Assembly: GCA_052035095.1 (NCBI GenBank)
Contig: JBPOHW010000003.1
Location: 1,807 to 65,806 of the forward strand
Length of the DNA stretch: 64,000 nucleotides
Reading direction: 5' to 3'
DNA from: Candidatus Moraniibacteriota bacterium
GTDB lineage: Bacteria > Patescibacteriota > Minisyncoccia > Moranbacterales > UBA1568
Position 1 is the stretch's first letter. Each line of letters starts with the position of its first letter. Position numbers and translations under genes: made by a program. This document shows positions 55,958-64,000 of this stretch, piece by piece. A model generated the notes under the pieces. It ran no database searches. It saw only the letters and a program-made list of their open reading frames with translations, and was not told the origin of the DNA.

Positions 55958-57061
55958 ATGAGAAAGATTCTCATCACCCTCCTTTCGGTACTCTTAACTC
56001 CCCTTGCCATTTTCGCCATAATTTTCCTCTTTTTCCTGCTACGGGAATTCGGGAAAGGAGGGATATTTTTTTTGGGAGTAATTTTCATTGTCATTTTTTT
56101 GTCTCAAAGGGAAAAAATTCGACACCTCTTTATCTCTTTTGAGAATTTTTTCGCTTCATATCCGTTTATTAACAATAACAAGAACGTTATGGCAAATTCA
56201 TTGTCCGACGTCGGCAATTATGCTGAGAAAGCTCGCAACGGTTGGAAAGTCGCAAAGGGTATCATAGCGATTCTCTTTGCTCTTTGGATCACCTCTTGGT
56301 TCGTCGTCATTGTCGGAGCCGGGGAAACCGGTGTTTATTCTCTCTTCGGAAAAGTACGCGACACCGAGCTTCGATCGGGTTTTCATTTCGTCAATCCGCT
56401 CGCGCATGTGGAAAAAATGAGTATTCGAACCGAGCAGTACACGATGAGCATCGCTCCGAGTGAAGGTCAAATAAAAGGCGATGACTCTATCAGTTCCCTT
56501 ACAAGGGAGGGGCTGGATGTCAACGTGGATTTCACGGCACTCTATCGCTTGGAAGAACCAAAAGCGTCGGACGTGTATCGTGAAGTGGGATTGAACTATG
56601 TCGAGAAAATCATTCGCCCGGAAATTCGCGGCGTGATTCGAGATATTGTTTCTCAATATGAGGCAAAAGAGCTCTACTCACAGAAAAGGCAGGAAGCTTC
56701 GGACCGAATAGCAACACTCCTCAAGGAACGAATTGGCTCGCGCGGCATCATCATTGAGCAGGCACTCATTCGCAATGTCCAACTTCCGCCAAATCTCACC
56801 AAAGCGATTCAGGAGAAACTCGCCGCCGAACAGGAAGCTCAACGATATGACTTCGTGCTCGATCGCGAAAAGAAGGAGGCTGATCGAAAAAGAATCGAAT
56901 CGGAAGGACAGAGGGACGCGCAAAAAATCATCAATGAAAGCTTGAGCGCCGAATATTTGAATTATCTCTACATAAAAGAACTGAAAGATCGCCAAGGCAC
57001 CATCTATGTCCCCGTCAATCCTTCAAGTGGCATGCCGCTCTTCAAGGGAATCGGGGAATAG
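55958..57061 (+). CDS. SPFH/band-7 (prohibitin/HflC-like) membrane protein
   Basis: SPFH core from MANSLSDVGNYAEK...VVIVGAGETGVYSLFGKV...; possible alternative start at 56189; C-terminal coiled coil. Confidence 0.7.
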   Translation: MRKILITLLSVLLTPLAIFAIIFLFFLLREFGKGGIFFLGVIFIVIFLSQREKIRHLFISFENFFASYPFINNNKNVMANSLSDVGNYAEKARNGWKVAKGIIAILFALWITSWFVVIVGAGETGVYSLFGKVRDTELRSGFHFVNPLAHVEKMSIRTEQYTMSIAPSEGQIKGDDSISSLTREGLDVNVDFTALYRLEEPKASDVYREVGLNYVEKIIRPEIRGVIRDIVSQYEAKELYSQKRQEASDRIATLLKERIGSRGIIIEQALIRNVQLPPNLTKAIQEKLAAEQEAQRYDFVLDREKKEADRKRIESEGQRDAQKIINESLSAEYLNYLYIKELKDRQGTIYVPVNPSSGMPLFKGIGE

Positions 57062-57151
57062 AAGGGAAAGGTTCTCTAACACAGTCATAAGTTGCAAGGA
57101 CATGCCCCAACAAAAATTCCTCATTCTCCATTCCTCATTCCCCATTCTCTT

Positions 57152-58360
57152 GTGATCCTCGCGCTCGAAACATCGTGTGATGAAACCGCGGCCGCCATCG
57201 TAGGAAAAGACGATGGCGGTGTTTGTGTGCTCTCGAGTGTCGTCTCATCGCAAATCGCGCTCCACGCGCCCTTTGGCGGAGTTGTGCCAAACCTCGCCGC
57301 GCGCGAACATGTGAGAAACATCGTCCCCGTCATCGAGTCGGCACTCCGCGAAGCGAGCGCCTCAAAAGACGATATCGAGGCGATCGCCGTCACGGCGGGA
57401 CCCGGACTCATGCCCGCGCTCCAGATCGGCGTCACCGCTGCAAAAACGCTTTCCTATCTCTGGAAGAAACCCCTCCTCGGCATCCACCACATCGAAGGTC
57501 ACATCTACGCAAATTTTATTAGTAGCGAGCAGTTAGTATCCAGGAGTCAGCAACGAAAAGAACATAAATCGCCTTCAAACTACTCACTACCCACTACTCG
57601 CTCCTCATCCCTCTTCCCTCTCCTCGCGCTCGTCGTTTCGGGCGGGCATACCGAACTCGTCTTGATGCGCAATCACTTCGACTATGAAATCTTGGGCGAA
57701 ACCGAAGACGATGCCGTCGGCGAAGCCTTTGATAAGGTCGCCAAAATGCTCGGCCTCCCCTATCCCGGAGGACCGGAGATCGCCAAAAGAGCGGAGCTCT
57801 TTGGGAATGTCGAATGGGGAATGTTGAATAAAGAACCAACTCCGAATTCAGAAACAAAATACATTAAAACTCATTCACCATTCTCCATTCACCATTCGAC
57901 ATTCTCATTCCCTCGTCCTCTCCTCGATTCACACGACTACCGTTTTTCTTTCTCCGGACTCAAGACGTCCGTCCTCTACTTTTTGAAAAAGAATGAAGAA
58001 AAAAAGCGCGACGAACATTTCATCAATGCCGTCTGTTATGAATTCCAAGAGGCGGCGCTCGACGTGCTCATTGAGAAAACGCGCCGCGCCACCCTCGAAT
58101 ACCGACCGAGAACCGTCATCATCGCGGGCGGCGTCTCGGCGAACGTTGAGCTTCGCACGCGAATGAGCGACATGATTACGCGCGATTTTCCCGACACATC
58201 TTTCCTCATGCCCCCGTTCAGATATTCTCTCGACAACGCGGGAATGATCGGCGCCGCTGCGCTCTTTCGGTGGGAAAAAATGACCGCCGAGGACAAACAA
58301 AAAGCGTCCACCGATTGGCAGACGCTTTCCGCGGATCCGAATATGAACCTTGGGGATTGA
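57152..58360 (+). CDS. tsaD: tRNA N6-adenosine threonylcarbamoyltransferase TsaD/Kae1 with two low-complexity in-frame insertions
   Basis: ILALETSCDETAAAIV, GVVPNLAAREHV, LVVSGGHTELV, GEAFDKVAKMLGLPYPGGPEI, IIAGGVSANVELR; GTG start supported by the upstream duplicate; ORF extends to 57092. Confidence 0.85.
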   Translation: MILALETSCDETAAAIVGKDDGGVCVLSSVVSSQIALHAPFGGVVPNLAAREHVRNIVPVIESALREASASKDDIEAIAVTAGPGLMPALQIGVTAAKTLSYLWKKPLLGIHHIEGHIYANFISSEQLVSRSQQRKEHKSPSNYSLPTTRSSSLFPLLALVVSGGHTELVLMRNHFDYEILGETEDDAVGEAFDKVAKMLGLPYPGGPEIAKRAELFGNVEWGMLNKEPTPNSETKYIKTHSPFSIHHSTFSFPRPLLDSHDYRFSFSGLKTSVLYFLKKNEEKKRDEHFINAVCYEFQEAALDVLIEKTRRATLEYRPRTVIIAGGVSANVELRTRMSDMITRDFPDTSFLMPPFRYSLDNAGMIGAAALFRWEKMTAEDKQKASTDWQTLSADPNMNLGD

Positions 58361-58393
58361 ACATTTCACTCTCCAGTGCTACCATTTCCCCAT

Positions 58394-61300
58394 ATGAGCC
58401 AAGAAATCCCCACAACATACGAGCCCAAAGATCACGAAGACTCGATATACAAAAAGTGGGAAGAAAGCGGATTTTTTGGTCCGGACGTCTGCATCCAAAA
58501 AGGCGTAACAAACCCGGATGCCAAGCCGTTTTCCATTGTTCTCCCGCCACCAAACGTCACCGGCACGCTTCACTTGGGACATGCCGCCATGCTTGCAATC
58601 GAAGATATCATGGTGCGCTACCACCGCATGAAGGGCGATAAAACCCTTTGGATTCCCGGCACCGACCACGCGGCGATTGCAACGCAAGAAAAAGTCGAAC
58701 GAATCCTGTGGAACGAGGAAAAGAAAACTCGACACGACCTCGGACGAGAAGTGTTTCTCGAACGCGTAAAGAAATTCGCGCAAGATTCACACGACACCAT
58801 CGTCAATCAGTGTAAAAAAATGGGAGCTTCCCTCGACTGGGATCGCGAGGCATACACACTCGACGATGCCAGGAACCGCGCGGTCAACGAGGCCTTCCGC
58901 CGTATGTTCGAAGACGGCATCATCTATCGAGGATCCCGCATCGTCAACTGGGATCCGAAATTTCAGACCACGGTTTCCGACGACGAAGTGGAACGTCGAG
59001 AAGAAGTCGCCCCATTCTACTATTTGCAATACGGTCCCTTCGTCATCGGTACCGCTCGTCCCGAAACGAAATTCGGCGACAAATATGTCGTCGTACATCC
59101 AAATGATGAGCGATACCGCGAGTACGAACACGGACAGAAAATAGAAAATATCGAGTGGATCAACGGAACTATCACGGCGACCGTCATCAAAGATGAAGCC
59201 ATTGATATGAATTTCGGAACCGGTGCCATGACTATTACTCCATGGCACGACGCGACCGACTTCGATATCGCCGAGCGGCACCACCTCGATAAAGAGCAGA
59301 TCATCAACTACGACGGAAGGCTCCTCTCGATCGCCGGAGAATTTTCCGGCATGGATATAGCTGAAGCACGCCCAAAAATAATCGAGAAACTTCGCAAAAA
59401 AAATCTCGTTGTGAAAACCGAGGAAAATTATCTTCACAATATCGCCGTAAATAGCCGAGGTGGCGGCATCATCGAACCGCAGATCAAAGAACAGTGGTTT
59501 GTCAATGTCAATAAAGAGTTCGATCGAAATGGAAAAAAGACGACCCTGAAATCACTTATGCAAGAAGCGGTTCGCTCCGGTGAAGTGAAAATTATTCCCG
59601 AACGATTCGAGAAAACTTACTTTCATTGGATCGATAATCTTCGCGACTGGTGTATTTCCCGGCAAATTTGGTTCGGGCATCGAATACCGGTGTGGTATCG
59701 AGACAAAGAGGTTTTTTGCGGTCCGAAAACACCCGAAGGAAAAGGCTGGCAACAAGACCCCGACACGCTCGATACATGGTTCTCTTCCGGACTCTGGACA
59801 TTTTCGACGCTTGGATGGCCGTTAGATAAAAAGTTTGGATTTCATGAGTCACTTGTTGATATAGTAAAAGACGGGACGAAAACCAAGACATATCGTCTAA
59901 GAGATAAACAAGCGCTCACGGGAGAACAGTATCTTGTTGAAAACTCAAAAACAAAGAAAAGCTTCGGATTTATAGCAATAGAAAAAGTGAGCAAAACCAT
60001 ACTTAGAAACATTGCGCACAATCAAGTGGGACATGAACCCTACCAAGACAGAAAACACTTTCTGTCCACAATGAAAGCATATTATCCAAATATGGACGTT
60101 TCGGAGGGATCCCCCGTATGGATATATGAGTTTAGTTACCATAAAGAATCACATCTCCAAACCTACCACCCGATATCCGTTCTCGAAACAGGTTACGACA
60201 TTCTCTTCTTCTGGGTCGCCCGCATGATACTTATGTCGGAATATTTGCTCGGCGAAGTTCCCTTTAAAACCACCTATCTTCATGGTCTCATCCGCGACGA
60301 GAAAGGGCGTAAGATGAGCAAGTCGCTCGGCAATGTAATCGACCCGCTCGATATGACTGCGAAATATGGCACCGACGCCGTTCGACTCTCGCTCGTCATC
60401 GGGAGCACCCCTGGAAACGATATTCGTCTCGGCGAAGAAAAAATCGCCACCTTCCGCAACTTCACCAACAAACTCTGGAATATCGGGCGGTATGTTGTCC
60501 AGCAATCGGCAAACAGCAGTCAGCAATCAGACAAGGAGCAAGGAACAATAAGCCAGGAACAAGAGGCGGAAAAACCAGGGAGATTGAAAATTGCAAATTG
60601 CAAATTGAAAATTGTTTCCTCGGCCGATCGCTGGATTCTTTCCCGGCTCGACGAAACGGTACGTAAAGTCACGGAACTCCTCGAAGGCTACCAGTTCTCG
60701 CTCGCCGGAGAGACATTGCGCGATTTCACTTGGAACGAATTTGCCGACTGGTATGTCGAAGCGCACAAAGTAGAAGGAAACAACGAGGTGCTTCGATATG
60801 TTTTCGAAACGCTTTTGAAGCTCTGGCACCCCTTTATGCCGTTCGTCACAGAAACGCTCTGGTCACAGCTTGGAAAAGATCAGCTCCTCCTCGTAACGCC
60901 ATGGCCAAAACAGGACACAAACACTCTTCCTGAGGGCGCAAAAGAAAATTTTTCACACATCATCGACATCATTACAAAAATCCGCGCTATTCGATCAATC
61001 TACCATATCGACCCGAAGCAAGAGCTCGATATTTCTTTCGCGACTCCGGAAGAAAACCTTCTTGCAAAGAATGAAACCATACTCAAACGCCTTGCGCGCG
61101 TCGGAACCGTTTCGTTTCTTCGCGACAAAGAAACCGTGTCCCATTCCGCGCGTTCCGTCATTGGAAACACACGCATCTGTATTCACCTCGAAGCCATACT
61201 TGATCTTGACAAAGAACAGAAACGCCTGGAAATGGAACTCAAAAAACTCGAAACATTCATCGAAAACACGTCCGCGCGACTCGGCAACGAAGCCTTCACT

Positions 61301-61408
61301 TCCAAGGCGCCGAAAGCGCTCATTGAGAACACCGAAAAACTCCTCGCCGAAGCGCGGCAAAAACAAAACAATCTCCATGATGCCCTTAATGAACTCATTG
61401 AAAATTGA
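58394..61408 (+). CDS. valS: Valyl-tRNA synthetase with an inserted ASCH-like domain
   Basis: PPPNVTGTLHLGHA (HIGH), KMSKSLGN, C-terminal coiled-coil; about 105-aa AT-rich insertion between the CP/catalytic core segments. Confidence 0.9.
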   Translation: MSQEIPTTYEPKDHEDSIYKKWEESGFFGPDVCIQKGVTNPDAKPFSIVLPPPNVTGTLHLGHAAMLAIEDIMVRYHRMKGDKTLWIPGTDHAAIATQEKVERILWNEEKKTRHDLGREVFLERVKKFAQDSHDTIVNQCKKMGASLDWDREAYTLDDARNRAVNEAFRRMFEDGIIYRGSRIVNWDPKFQTTVSDDEVERREEVAPFYYLQYGPFVIGTARPETKFGDKYVVVHPNDERYREYEHGQKIENIEWINGTITATVIKDEAIDMNFGTGAMTITPWHDATDFDIAERHHLDKEQIINYDGRLLSIAGEFSGMDIAEARPKIIEKLRKKNLVVKTEENYLHNIAVNSRGGGIIEPQIKEQWFVNVNKEFDRNGKKTTLKSLMQEAVRSGEVKIIPERFEKTYFHWIDNLRDWCISRQIWFGHRIPVWYRDKEVFCGPKTPEGKGWQQDPDTLDTWFSSGLWTFSTLGWPLDKKFGFHESLVDIVKDGTKTKTYRLRDKQALTGEQYLVENSKTKKSFGFIAIEKVSKTILRNIAHNQVGHEPYQDRKHFLSTMKAYYPNMDVSEGSPVWIYEFSYHKESHLQTYHPISVLETGYDILFFWVARMILMSEYLLGEVPFKTTYLHGLIRDEKGRKMSKSLGNVIDPLDMTAKYGTDAVRLSLVIGSTPGNDIRLGEEKIATFRNFTNKLWNIGRYVVQQSANSSQQSDKEQGTISQEQEAEKPGRLKIANCKLKIVSSADRWILSRLDETVRKVTELLEGYQFSLAGETLRDFTWNEFADWYVEAHKVEGNNEVLRYVFETLLKLWHPFMPFVTETLWSQLGKDQLLLVTPWPKQDTNTLPEGAKENFSHIIDIITKIRAIRSIYHIDPKQELDISFATPEENLLAKNETILKRLARVGTVSFLRDKETVSHSARSVIGNTRICIHLEAILDLDKEQKRLEMELKKLETFIENTSARLGNEAFTSKAPKALIENTEKLLAEARQKQNNLHDALNELIEN

Positions 61409-61935
61409 TCATTGAAAATTTTCTCTCTATGATCTACGCCCTCGTTCGCGGATGGCTCGCCGGTATGGCGGCGGTTCTCGTTGAAATTCTCCTCGCGGCG
61501 ATATTCCTCGTTCAGGGTATTTCTCCGCGTACATTGACGGAAAATTTCTCCCCGACTCTTTCTTCCATAATTCTCGTCGCGTTTCTCGAGGAGAGTATGA
61601 AGCTCGCGGCGCTCCGCGGCATCAGTGATGAAACGACACCATTTTTCCGAAACGCGATCTTCAAAGGACTTCTCGTCGGACTCGGATTCGCCTTTTTCGA
61701 AGCATCGCTCAAAATACTCTTTCAAGGAGAAGACCTCTCCTATTCAGTCTCTCTCGGCGCGATAAGCGGTGGCGTGCTTCATATCGTAACCGGTGGCGTG
61801 CTCGGTTTCGCCTGGTTTTTTCGCACGCGAGGTCGAACGCCAACGCTCTTTTTGTTTCTCTTCTTCGTCGCGATTGTCCTCCATATCTTCTACAACACCT
61901 TTCTCTCTCCCGTTCTTTTTGAACGATTCTCCTAA
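61405..61935 (+). CDS. Polytopic membrane protein, PrsW/CPBP-like intramembrane protease family candidate
   Basis: EESMK, FAFFEAS and HIVTGGVLG motifs on successive TM helices; ATGA overlap with the valS stop. Confidence 0.4.
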   Translation: MIIENFLSMIYALVRGWLAGMAAVLVEILLAAIFLVQGISPRTLTENFSPTLSSIILVAFLEESMKLAALRGISDETTPFFRNAIFKGLLVGLGFAFFEASLKILFQGEDLSYSVSLGAISGGVLHIVTGGVLGFAWFFRTRGRTPTLFLFLFFVAIVLHIFYNTFLSPVLFERFS

Positions 61936-62013
61936 ACGGGTTCGTCTTGCGAAAAATTTTCTTTTTCGGTATACTGCGGTCAGTTTTAATTCGGCACTAT
62001 CTGGAAAAATTCT

Positions 62014-62559
62014 ATGACAAAACAAAAACAATCCTTTTTTGAGCGATTGACCGGGGCAAGAAACGTTGACGAGTCGCCGTCGCAGATTCCGATTTTTGAG
62101 GAATCATCCGAAGAGGTCATTGAGACCTATGGCGGTCCCCAAACATCGCCTCTGATGCGATCCACCATTCCGGAAGAGCCAGCATGGAGACCCTCTCCAG
62201 TGAATGACGAGTCCGGCGAAGAAAACGCCGAGGGACAACTCACTATAGATGTGTATCAGACGGATGAAGCGATTGTTATCAAGTCAACCATTGCTGGCGT
62301 CAAGCCTGAGGATCTCGATGTCGCCATCAACAATGACATGGTCACCATCAAGGGTGAACGAAAAAATGAAGAGGCGGTCACCGAAGGAAGCTACTATTAC
62401 CAAGAGTGCTATTGGGGTCCGTTCTCCCGATCCATTCTCCTGCCGGTCGATATCATCGCCGACAAATCGGAAGCATCCCTCAAAAACGGCATTCTAACGA
62501 TTCGACTTCCAAAAGCCGATACGACACGAATCAAGAAAATTCAAGTCCGCGGTTTCTGA
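62014..62559 (+). CDS. Hsp20/alpha-crystallin small heat-shock protein
   Basis: ACD motifs ...AIVIKSTIAGVKPEDLDVAINNDMVTIKGER...NGILTIRLPK. Confidence 0.85.
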   Translation: MTKQKQSFFERLTGARNVDESPSQIPIFEESSEEVIETYGGPQTSPLMRSTIPEEPAWRPSPVNDESGEENAEGQLTIDVYQTDEAIVIKSTIAGVKPEDLDVAINNDMVTIKGERKNEEAVTEGSYYYQECYWGPFSRSILLPVDIIADKSEASLKNGILTIRLPKADTTRIKKIQVRGF

Positions 62560-62592
62560 GAGATCGAGCTTTCCCCTCTGCATCTTGAAAGA

Positions 62593-62623
62593 CCGGCTTG
62601 TTTTTGACAAGCCGGATTTCTCT
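62593..62623 (+). terminator. Rho-independent terminator after hsp20
   Basis: CCGGCTTG-TTTTTGA-CAAGCCGG followed by a T-rich tract. Confidence 0.5.
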
Positions 62624-62639
62624 GTCGAGAAAGGACGCT

Positions 62640-63941
62640 ATGTTTTCAATGTTTTCAACAACTGCATTCCGAACTCTTTTTCTCGTATGTATAACGAGCG
62701 CTTTTGTGTTTCCCGAAATTGCTAAGGCCGAAAGTGTCTCCATCTCGACGCTTCCGGAAACACTTTCCTTCTCCTGGAATGACAACGAACATACGCTCGC
62801 GCGTGAAGCGATTGCCCTGTGGTTCGAGCCAAAAAGCACAGTATCTTTCCGAAATGGAATGAAAATGGAAGCCATATCGCCGGCATTTTGCCCATGGGAG
62901 TTGTTCTTCTGCGATTTTTCTCTCCCCGCGCACGAACGCTCCTCAATCCGATCAAAAACCGTATTCACGCTCAATGAAACATCCGTTCGAGATTTTCTTG
63001 AAACGCTTCGCGCGCAATCTCGAAAAGATCCGATGGACGCGCTATTTGCCGTCAACGAGGACGGCGCCGTCTCGGCATTCGCGCCCAGTCGCGACGGATC
63101 CGAAATAGACGTAACAGTCGGATTAGATGCCTTAAAGAAAGCCCTATCCTCTTCAACAGAAAGGAACATCGCCCTCGCGCTCCCGATACGAATCCTTCAA
63201 CCGAATATCACATCAACGGACGCCGATCGCCTCGGTATCACCAAGTTCCTCGGCGAAGGACGCACGAGCTTCGCCGGCTCGCCCAAAAATCGCGTCTTTA
63301 ATATCAAGCGCGCGATTGAGCAGTTCCAGGGAATCCTCATTCCTCCGGGAAAAGAATTTTCGTTCGTAGAATATTTGGGTGCGGTGGATGGCGAACACGG
63401 CTATCTCCCCGAACTCGTCATCAAGCGCGGTCAAACGCTCCCCGAATTTGGCGGCGGCATTTGCCAAGTCTCAACGACGCTCTTCCGCGCAGCCCTCAAT
63501 ACGGGGCAAAAAATCACCGAGCGCAGAAATCACGCCTATCCCGTTCAGTATTACAAACCCTACGGAATGGACGCAACCATCTATATCCCAAAGCCGGATT
63601 TCAAGTTTATCAACAACACTCCCGCACATATTTTGCTCCAGGTTGCCATCGAAGAGAAGGAATTGGTATTTCGTTTCTATGGCACGCCGGATGGACGAAC
63701 CATTTCTCTTGATGGTCCACACATCACCGCTCGTACGCCGGACGGCGGTATGAAAACCGTCTTCACCCAAAAGGTCATCGCGGCAGATGGAACTACACTC
63801 ATTGAGGATACCTTCAAAAGCAGTTATGAATCCCCCAGCAAATTTCCCCATCCGGGCGAAGAGAAGCTCACCGAAAAACCAAGGAATTGGTCCGAGAAGC
63901 AATGGAACGCGTACGTCGCAACCGGCGCTCTTCCGCGTTGA
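62640..63941 (+). CDS. VanW-domain protein with N-terminal signal/anchor
   Basis: GGGICQVSTTLFRAALNTG VanW core; AGGA RBS before the ATG at 62640. Confidence 0.75.
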   Translation: MFSMFSTTAFRTLFLVCITSAFVFPEIAKAESVSISTLPETLSFSWNDNEHTLAREAIALWFEPKSTVSFRNGMKMEAISPAFCPWELFFCDFSLPAHERSSIRSKTVFTLNETSVRDFLETLRAQSRKDPMDALFAVNEDGAVSAFAPSRDGSEIDVTVGLDALKKALSSSTERNIALALPIRILQPNITSTDADRLGITKFLGEGRTSFAGSPKNRVFNIKRAIEQFQGILIPPGKEFSFVEYLGAVDGEHGYLPELVIKRGQTLPEFGGGICQVSTTLFRAALNTGQKITERRNHAYPVQYYKPYGMDATIYIPKPDFKFINNTPAHILLQVAIEEKELVFRFYGTPDGRTISLDGPHITARTPDGGMKTVFTQKVIAADGTTLIEDTFKSSYESPSKFPHPGEEKLTEKPRNWSEKQWNAYVATGALPR

Positions 63942-64000
63942 CGAAAGGAGCGTATCTTGCTAGTATTCCAATACTTTCCCGAAGGGAGAGCATTTGTTGT

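Noticed and set aside
1-64000. Searched for CRISPR arrays, transposase/integrase genes, rRNA, and phage structural genes
   Set aside because: No direct-repeat/spacer periodicity. No DDE/tyrosine recombinase motifs in any ORF. No rRNA-like conserved stretches. The tRNA-adjacent repeats are reported as findings, not called mobile elements.

Overview
This window reads like a small-genome, Patescibacteria/CPR-like bacterial chromosome: moderate GC, several AT-rich blocks, tRNA genes mostly without encoded CCA, many TTG/GTG starts and weak Shine-Dalgarno signals. I found no rRNA, CRISPR array, transposase or integrase. All calls rest on motif recognition by eye in the ORF translations, without database searches. 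Coordinates derived by codon counting are exact for ORF ends but may be +/-1-2 nt for small motifs.

**1..21617, cell-envelope glycan locus.** It begins with the C-terminal fragment of asparagine synthetase. It then encodes a UbiA-family polyprenyl-phosphate phosphoribosyltransferase-like enzyme, a PHP phosphoesterase, and a 980-aa polytopic membrane protein fused to a SAM methyltransferase. These are followed by a further SAM methyltransferase, two GT4 glycosyltransferases, another SAM methyltransferase, a GT2 glycosyltransferase, GDP-mannose 4,6-dehydratase, a cupin-domain protein, an NDP-hexose C-methyltransferase-like enzyme and a further methyltransferase-like protein. The locus continues with a KdsC-like HAD phosphatase, a nucleotidyltransferase/APH-kinase fusion, ribulose-phosphate 3-epimerase, 6-phospho-3-hexuloisomerase, a Wzx-like flippase and an ArnT-like GT-C glycosyltransferase.

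**21686..41017, housekeeping and DNA repair.** This stretch carries a C39-like peptidase, uvrA, a mini-MGMT, dus, an MgtA-like P-type ATPase, small membrane proteins, rarA, xth, miaB-like, rlmN, a lexA locus with a recognisable operator palindrome, rseP, frr and a BNR-repeat lipoprotein.

**41085..54846, tRNA loci and adjacent genes.** This region holds tRNA-Lys(TTT), tRNA-Ser(TGA) immediately upstream of serS, tRNA-Arg and tRNA-Glu. Three of the four tRNA loci carry an adjacent partial tRNA copy interrupted by a GC-rich palindrome. At the tRNA-Glu locus the copy is followed by a duplicated 5' fragment of tsaD. Also here are a dockerin/cohesin-like secreted protein pair, a CBS protein, recG, a sigma-70 factor with a long N-terminal extension, a processive GT2 synthase next to a GH1 beta-glucosidase, and a small ORF containing a near-perfect internal tandem duplication.

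**54935..63941, window end.** An RDD-domain protein, an SPFH protein, tsaD with low-complexity in-frame insertions, valS with an inserted ASCH-like domain, a PrsW-like membrane protein, hsp20 and a VanW-domain protein.
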